The notes beneath the pieces were generated by a model. The model ran no database searches. It saw nothing but the letters and a program-made list of their open reading frames with translations, and was not told the origin of the DNA. DNA of 64,000 nt from a virus: IMG/VR virus record IMGVR_UViG_3300032083_003901, positions 1 to 64,000 of that record. One strand, written 5' to 3'. Positions 59,066 through 64,000 of the stretch are shown here, piece by piece. Every line of letters begins with the position of its first letter. Position 1 is the first letter of the stretch. A program made the translations under genes and the position numbers.

Positions 59066-59076
59066 GTGATATTTAG
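59066..59076 (+). promoter_or_regulatory. Putative late promoter GTGATATTTAG
   Basis: Fourth exact copy; precedes the block of leader-bearing genes. Confidence 0.7.
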
Positions 59077-59095
59077 AGTCACAGACGAGGTAATC

Positions 59096-59689
59096 ATGCG
59101 CAAAAACTCACGAAAGCTTCTCAGAGAAGCTAAACAAGATTTAGATCTAGCTGTTGTTAAAGCACTCTGCAGTGCTCCTCTTCGGCCAGTTGAACTTGAC
59201 GAACTCTTAGCTGTATCGGAAAGCGATCTCATGAGAGATCATGATTGTGATCTGTACATGGCAGAAAAAGTCAAGCAACACGCCAAAAGAGAACAGTATC
59301 GCCTTCGAGCTCAGGATCTTTACACTCCTGCTGAAGATACTGAAGAGCTCTATCCCCAAAAGCCTTACACTCGAACTTCACCCATGAACGAAAATGCCGG
59401 CGAGGGCAGAATGCTTGACTACGGCCATGTAGTGAGTGATTCTCGAGAAGGTAAGATGGCAAAAAAGGCGCTGCGTAACATTGCGGTCGACGCTTACCGA
59501 TTGCATCAGCTGCTAAACGACGAAGACGACCTGCCGCAGTGGTGCCACTACAAAATTGCTCAGTCTGATGCAATGATGAATTCTGTGCGTGAATACCTCG
59601 AGTACAAACTCGAGCGTCAGGGTGAAGACACGCCCGGCGAGCTTGAGGTCTTTGTGGGCAATGAGCCCGAGGAGGGTTTCAATGTCTAA
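59096..59689 (+). CDS. Hypothetical late protein
   Basis: GAGG RBS; LLRE and MNE motifs; EGKMAK..L....A..L..LL.DEDDLPQW...KI.......V..YL domain. Confidence 0.7.
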   Translation: MRKNSRKLLREAKQDLDLAVVKALCSAPLRPVELDELLAVSESDLMRDHDCDLYMAEKVKQHAKREQYRLRAQDLYTPAEDTEELYPQKPYTRTSPMNENAGEGRMLDYGHVVSDSREGKMAKKALRNIAVDAYRLHQLLNDEDDLPQWCHYKIAQSDAMMNSVREYLEYKLERQGEDTPGELEVFVGNEPEEGFNV

Positions 59690-60248
59690 TCAAATCAATG
59701 AATGTCCAGCTAGCGAAGCAGCAGAGGCACAGTTCGTAGCAAAAGCCCTAGGAGGCCTACAGCAAGACGGCGGGAAGGAACTTCTAGTCACACGCCTGAG
59801 CCAATACCTCGGCATGCTCAGGGCAATGCACCTTTGGTTCCACGGAGCTCATCACGTAACTCGCGGTGCTGCCTTTGGTGGAGACCACGTTGACGTCTTC
59901 GGACGCATCTACGAAGCCATTCAGGCAGAGATGGACGGAGCTGTTGAAAAAGCAGTTGGCGTCACCGGCGATGAGGGCATTGCTTGTCCTATGCACATTA
60001 CACAGTTAGCTCTGCAAGCGATGAGCAACTATCCATCACCACCTGCTATTTCTTCATTGGCCATGGCTGCTGTCGGCCTCGAGATGGAAAAGCACTACAT
60101 TGAAATGGTGACACAGATGTTTGAAGAGCTCGAAGGTCACGGCGCACTTTCCCTAGGCCTCAATGACTTCTTGGCAGCGTCGGCCAATGCACATGAGACG
60201 CACGTTTACCTTCTACAACAAAGAGTCAAGACCGAGTTGGAGAACTAA
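59682..60248 (+). CDS. Dps/ferritin-like protein
   Basis: FHGAHHVTRG..F..DH..FGRIYE....EMDGAVEK four-helix pattern, C-terminal HETHVYLL. Confidence 0.75.
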   Translation: MSNQINECPASEAAEAQFVAKALGGLQQDGGKELLVTRLSQYLGMLRAMHLWFHGAHHVTRGAAFGGDHVDVFGRIYEAIQAEMDGAVEKAVGVTGDEGIACPMHITQLALQAMSNYPSPPAISSLAMAAVGLEMEKHYIEMVTQMFEELEGHGALSLGLNDFLAASANAHETHVYLLQQRVKTELEN

Positions 60249-61130
60249 ATGAAAATCACGAAGCGTCAGCCAAGAAGAATCATTAGGGAAAATAGATCCC
60301 AAGAGATATTGAAATTAATATATGACAGAATTTCAGATGTTGGTTTTGGCGACGAAGATGAAGAAGATTTCGAATCTGTTAAAATTGAACTAGAAGAAGA
60401 TGGTCTAGCCACGCAAGAAGAACTAGATCAACTCACCTTTGATCAATGGAAAGAGCTTAAAGAATCGAAGACAATGAAAATCACAGAAAGCAAACTGAGA
60501 CAAATTGTTCGAGAAGCTCTTCTTATTGAGCGCAGAGAGATGCTCGATCTTGTCACGAGCCCATACGAGGATTTGACAGACATCAACGTTTTAGCAAACT
60601 ATGCGCTTAATAACGATATGCAGGGTGCTCTCAAAGATCCAGTGCTCCGAAGCTATATCGAAAAAAATCAAGCGCAGACTTTAGTTGATAATTCTTACGA
60701 GTATCTAAAGTATGTGGGCGACACAAATCAGGGATTTCTTCCAGCTCCCGCGGGATGGAACCTGGATAAAGTGTACGACTTTGTTGAGAAGTTTGAAAAC
60801 GAAGCTTTCAAATCATTCAGCCGACAAAAAGGCCAATCACATGATGCTCTCCCAGCAAAGAAAGAAAGAGAGATAATTGGAAAAGCGCTTACAATGTCTT
60901 ACGTGATGCCTGATGACATTAAGCAAATCGAATTCCAGATACGCAGATCGGGTGGAAAACCTACTAACATCAATATCGAAAATCCCACCATGATGTCAAA
61001 CATCACTGCACGAGAAGTGGAAAGACAGGGCCTAACATTGGACGACATTGCTAGGGTTCTACGGGATGGTGGTGCAAAAGAAAGCAAGAAAAGACCAGCG
61101 CGAGATTATACACCTCCAGCTTACGATTAA
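60249..61130 (+). CDS. Hypothetical protein with two MKIT-type leader motifs
   Basis: MKITKRQPRRIIRE at start and MKITESKLRQIVRE at 60474. Confidence 0.75.
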   Translation: MKITKRQPRRIIRENRSQEILKLIYDRISDVGFGDEDEEDFESVKIELEEDGLATQEELDQLTFDQWKELKESKTMKITESKLRQIVREALLIERREMLDLVTSPYEDLTDINVLANYALNNDMQGALKDPVLRSYIEKNQAQTLVDNSYEYLKYVGDTNQGFLPAPAGWNLDKVYDFVEKFENEAFKSFSRQKGQSHDALPAKKEREIIGKALTMSYVMPDDIKQIEFQIRRSGGKPTNINIENPTMMSNITAREVERQGLTLDDIARVLRDGGAKESKKRPARDYTPPAYD

Positions 61131-61141
61131 GGATTTAAGAA

Positions 61142-61867
61142 ATGAAAATCACAAAGCGACAATTAAGAAGAATTATCAAAGAAGAAAAAGCCGTGCTGGA
61201 ACAGTCGTGGCGCCAGAATCCTGCAAAGATCCGTCTCGAACGCCGCAAAAGAGACCGACAGAGAATGATTGACACAATGACCTTCGAACAACTAAAAAGA
61301 AGAGCATTTGATTCGGCCCTAGGCATTCAGGGAAGGCTCAACACAGGTCAGTATGAATACGAAGACATTTGGGAAGCCGAGATCCCTATGCTAGCTGATT
61401 ATATCGATGCTGCAAAAATAAAGGCAGCTGAAGAGGGTGTTACTTATGATGACATACCAGAAGTCCGACACAATGGTGGCCTTATAGATTTCAGTCGCTA
61501 TTCTTTGGGATTGCCTGCTTCAATGAAGGAGAGCAAGATGAGAATCACAAAGCGACAACTCAGAAGAATCATCAAAGAAGAACTGCATCGCTTAAACGAG
61601 TCTGCCGCCAATAGCCGCATGGCACAGAGGCTTCGCGACTTTAAAGAAAGCGGATACACCGAAGAAGAAGCTGCTCGAGAAGTCTACGAAGACTATGACA
61701 CCATTGAGTTCCTGCGTAAAATAGCGGCGGAAACCAAGGGTACGGATCCGGACTTCTCTTCCTACGTTTACGAAGTCGCTTACCAAGCCGACGAAATCCG
61801 TAGCGACGGCAGCACGATGTTCGATGAGCCCGACCGCTACGGTGGCAGCCGATACAGTCGCTACTAG
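61142..61867 (+). CDS. Hypothetical protein with two MKIT-type leader motifs
   Basis: MKITKRQLRRIIKEE at start and MRITKRQLRRIIKEE at 61538. Confidence 0.75.
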   Translation: MKITKRQLRRIIKEEKAVLEQSWRQNPAKIRLERRKRDRQRMIDTMTFEQLKRRAFDSALGIQGRLNTGQYEYEDIWEAEIPMLADYIDAAKIKAAEEGVTYDDIPEVRHNGGLIDFSRYSLGLPASMKESKMRITKRQLRRIIKEELHRLNESAANSRMAQRLRDFKESGYTEEEAAREVYEDYDTIEFLRKIAAETKGTDPDFSSYVYEVAYQADEIRSDGSTMFDEPDRYGGSRYSRY

Positions 61868-61884
61868 GAATGAGTGGAGGTACC

Positions 61885-62373
61885 GTGAAAATCACCAGAA
61901 AGCAGCTCAGAAGAATTATCAAAGAGGCCATTGACGTAGTCAATGCCGAGACTGGCGAGGTCCTAGAACTAGGCGACGCAGCTGGTACCAATCCGCCAGA
62001 AGCTGCGTGGCCTGATCTCAAACGTCGACTGGGATTGCAGCCAGAATCTGAGGGGTCGGATTACGCTGAGCTAAGCGGCGAAGACTTCATGAGGCTGAGC
62101 GATGAGACCGAGGGCAAGAGACGCTCGCGCCATTACAGAGCTGAAGAAAAAAGACTAGACCCAGAAATGTTGCTGAATCGATTGAGCGATTGGGCACGAG
62201 ATGCAGCCGATGACTGGATGGCCGACAACCCCGGACAAGACATCGGTGACGTTGCTTATGACCTAGCCACGGGCGCCGAGTTCGCTTTCAAGCCTGACGA
62301 GTGGCGGACCATGTCATACGAGTTTGACACCGATCGTGACTTTCACGATTTCATCGTGAACTCCATGGTGTAA
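61885..62373 (+). CDS. Hypothetical protein with MKIT-type leader
   Basis: GGAGG RBS before GTG 61885; (M)KITRKQLRRIIKEA. Confidence 0.75.
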   Translation: MKITRKQLRRIIKEAIDVVNAETGEVLELGDAAGTNPPEAAWPDLKRRLGLQPESEGSDYAELSGEDFMRLSDETEGKRRSRHYRAEEKRLDPEMLLNRLSDWARDAADDWMADNPGQDIGDVAYDLATGAEFAFKPDEWRTMSYEFDTDRDFHDFIVNSMV

Positions 62374-62397
62374 TAAAACACAATCCCCAAAGAGTCC

Positions 62398-62508
62398 ATG
62401 CTAAAAGTTTTTGCAATTTATTTGTTAGGCGTTGCTGTCGGCATAATAATCGACAACATATTTTGGTACGGCGTAGCCCAACTCAGAAAGAACGAAGATT
62501 CTACTTGA
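62398..62508 (+). CDS. Possible 36-aa membrane peptide (not in ORF track)
   Basis: MLKVFAIYLLGVAVGIIIDNIFWYGVAQLRKNEDST; single hydrophobic helix, weak RBS. Confidence 0.35.
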   Translation: MLKVFAIYLLGVAVGIIIDNIFWYGVAQLRKNEDST

Positions 62509-62758
62509 ATATTGACTCTTTTGCAGTTCTAAAAAGTCTAGGCAGGAAAGATTTCTTAAGACTAAGAAGTCTTTCGAATTTGGCTCGAGAGCGATGTTCA
62601 ACGTATAAGGTAGTTGGCTTCTTGATCTCGCCATCAATCAGTTGATCGCTGAAGTCGTAGAACTTGGCTTTTGCCGGCGGAGCGGCATTGGCTGCTGATG
62701 CAACACTTAGAGAAGCAAGAATTAGCAGCGCAGCGATCGCAATTTTCAACTTTTTCAT
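62501..62758 (-). CDS. Secreted CglF/GltF-like (myxobacterial gliding motility) protein
   Basis: Signal peptide then YDFSDQLIDGEIKKP...V..R....F..LL..KKSF.P.L pattern. ATG overlaps upstream stop (TAATG). Confidence 0.7.
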   Translation of the reverse strand: MKKLKIAIAALLILASLSVASAANAAPPAKAKFYDFSDQLIDGEIKKPTTLYVEHRSRAKFERLLSLKKSFLPRLFRTAKESIFK

Positions 62759-63450
62759 TATTTCTTTTTCTTGGCTTTTGACTTCTTGACGACTGCCCAA
62801 GGCTTCGAAGGCGTTGCTGCATTGACACGGGCCATTGCCCACTGGTGTTGAGTCATTCCCTTTCGAGAGCCGGAAGAAGCCCAAGCGGCCAGACCTTTTT
62901 TGTATTCAGCTTCCACGGATCCGGGAGTGAATCCTCTTTCTTCCGCTTTCTTTCGAAGGGTTGCCTTTGTCTTTTTGCTCAACTCCTCTTGCAGGATTTC
63001 ACTGATCATTTCACGCAGATCGCTTTCGGTCATTCTTTTGTAAGACTCTTTCTTGGTGTCTTTGCGCGGCTTGTTTTTCCAGCCTTTTTTCTGCCGTTCT
63101 TGCTTTTCCATTCTTTCGCGGCGACGATAGGCTCTTGCAATTCTTTCGGGATCGCCACTGGCTAGGTCGGCTTTTGTTGCGTCTAGTTGCTTGTCTCTCT
63201 TTGAGCCTTGAGGGGCTCCGTACTGTCTGAGATGCGGTTTGTCCGACTCGTCCATGCTATCTGCTTCGTCGACAATTTTTTTAGCCTTTTCCTTGGACAT
63301 TTTCACTGGATATTCTTTGTCGCCAATCTTTACTGACTTCTTGCCGTCCATTGCTGCTTGTGCAATCTTATAACTGAATTCGTTTTCAGCCAACTCTTCT
63401 TCCTGTAGCACTTCGTTCAACAATTGCTTGACTATGTCTTTTATATCCAT
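62758..63450 (-). CDS. Hypothetical late protein with C-terminal DUF5824-like domain
   Basis: LRKKAE..G.....V...YKKGLAAW...GSRKGMTQHQWAMARVN; LLNE and MTESDLREMISE motifs. GAGGAG RBS. Confidence 0.7.
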   Translation of the reverse strand: MDIKDIVKQLLNEVLQEEELAENEFSYKIAQAAMDGKKSVKIGDKEYPVKMSKEKAKKIVDEADSMDESDKPHLRQYGAPQGSKRDKQLDATKADLASGDPERIARAYRRRERMEKQERQKKGWKNKPRKDTKKESYKRMTESDLREMISEILQEELSKKTKATLRKKAEERGFTPGSVEAEYKKGLAAWASSGSRKGMTQHQWAMARVNAATPSKPWAVVKKSKAKKKK

Positions 63451-63467
63451 GACGGATTTCTCCTCTT

Positions 63468-63496
63468 GTGTAATGTTTCATTAAGTATGTTATAAT
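63468..63496 (+). promoter_or_regulatory. GTGTAA-N17-TATAAT promoter for uvsE, overlapping a divergent late-type element (ATACTTA on minus strand, 63482-63488)
   Basis: gtgtaa tgtttcattaagtatgt tataat. Confidence 0.7.
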
Positions 63497-63523
63497 GGTA
63501 CAGAATTCAAGCTTGGAGCCAAA

Positions 63524-64000
63524 ATGTCAAACAATCGATTCGGTTACTGTTGCATCAACCTCACACTGCAAAAATCAGAAAAGATCATGACTAACCGCAC
63601 GATGCGACGTAAGACATTTGATTTGAAGGGCCTAGGTTACACATCACAACTGGCTTTCGATAACACCAGGGACCTCATACGCATCTTAGAATGGAATGCT
63701 GAGCATGGCTTCGAAGTGTTTCGCATGACATCCACTCTCTTTCCTTGGGCCAGCGAGTACGAGATGGACGACTTGCCAGACATTGAAGCAATTCGAGAAA
63801 ACATGCGCAAAGCTGGCGAATTGGCCCGCAGCACTGGACAAAGGTTATCTTTCCATCCCGGGCCTTTCAATTGCCTAGCTTCTCCTAAAGAAAACGTGGT
63901 GCTCAACTGCATCAAAGACCTCAGCATCCATGGCGAACAGATGGACATGTTTGGCATGCCACGAGACCACAATGCTAAGATCAACATTCACATTGGCGCC
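63524..64000 (+). CDS. uvsE: UV damage endonuclease (3' truncated by window; absent from ORF track)
   Basis: Manual translation MSNNRFGYCCINLTL..TNRTMR..ILEWN..FRMTS.LFPW..RLSFHPGPFNCLASP..KINIHIG. GGAG RBS. Confidence 0.93.
   Translation, partial: MSNNRFGYCCINLTLQKSEKIMTNRTMRRKTFDLKGLGYTSQLAFDNTRDLIRILEWNAEHGFEVFRMTSTLFPWASEYEMDDLPDIEAIRENMRKAGELARSTGQRLSFHPGPFNCLASPKENVVLNCIKDLSIHGEQMDMFGMPRDHNAKINIHIGA

Larger units (their letters stand above)
60249..61926 (+). repeat. Five dispersed ~42-45 bp imperfect repeats encoding the MKITKRQLRRIIKE leader (60249, 60474, 61142, 61538, 61885)
   Basis: For example atgaaaatcacaaagcgacaattaagaagaattatcaaagaagaa versus atgagaatcacaaagcgacaactcagaagaatcatcaaagaagaa. 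Confidence 0.85.

Noticed and set aside
62759-62884. N-terminal 42-aa extension of the CglF-like ORF
   Set aside because: Overlaps the upstream gene; the signal peptide begins at Met 62758, coupled to the upstream stop.
63637-63987. Minus-strand 116-aa ORF from the track
   Set aside because: Shadow of the plus-strand UvsE gene, which the track missed because it runs off the window.
1-64000. Alternative genetic code (stop-codon reassignment)
   Set aside because: Conserved genes are full length in the standard code, and TAA, TAG and TGA all end genes at expected positions.
1-64000. CRISPR array, tRNA or rRNA genes
   Set aside because: Intergenic gaps are short and I saw no spaced direct repeats or cloverleaf-like sequence; a tRNAscan/Infernal run would be needed for certainty.

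Overview
This window is a gene-dense, almost entirely plus-strand segment of a large (jumbo-type) contractile-tailed dsDNA bacteriophage read in the standard bacterial code. Gene order: (1) 1-13.5 kb tail/baseplate module (sheath C-terminus, tube, tail assembly chaperone pair with a probable frameshift, tape measure, baseplate proteins); (2) 13.5-36 kb replication, recombination and repair (mini family-A polymerase, gp32-like SSB, RecA/UvsX, FEN, DnaB-like helicase, NrdB/NrdA, ClpP-like protease, archaeal-type GAPDH-like enzyme, MBD4-like glycosylase, two-subunit topoisomerase II, MazG, Fpg, DnaE); (3) 36-43.4 kb nucleotide metabolism and DNA-modification operon; (4) 43.5-52.4 kb and 59-63.5 kb probable late, head-packaged proteins with shared leader motifs and several degenerate enzymes; (5) 52.4-59 kb nuclease, second FEN, GroEL and a split sigma70; UvsE is cut by the right edge. 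Most interesting candidates: a thymidylate-synthase homologue with the dCMP-selecting Asp clustered with enzymes resembling thymidine-hypermodification enzymes (suggesting a cytosine hypermodification pathway, with an MBD4-like repair enzyme nearby), a sigma factor split at region 4 alongside a recurring GTGTAA-N17/18-TATAAT promoter class, and a CglF/GltF-like gliding-motility protein hinting at a myxobacterial or Bdellovibrio-like host. All family assignments come from motif recognition by eye; no database search was run.
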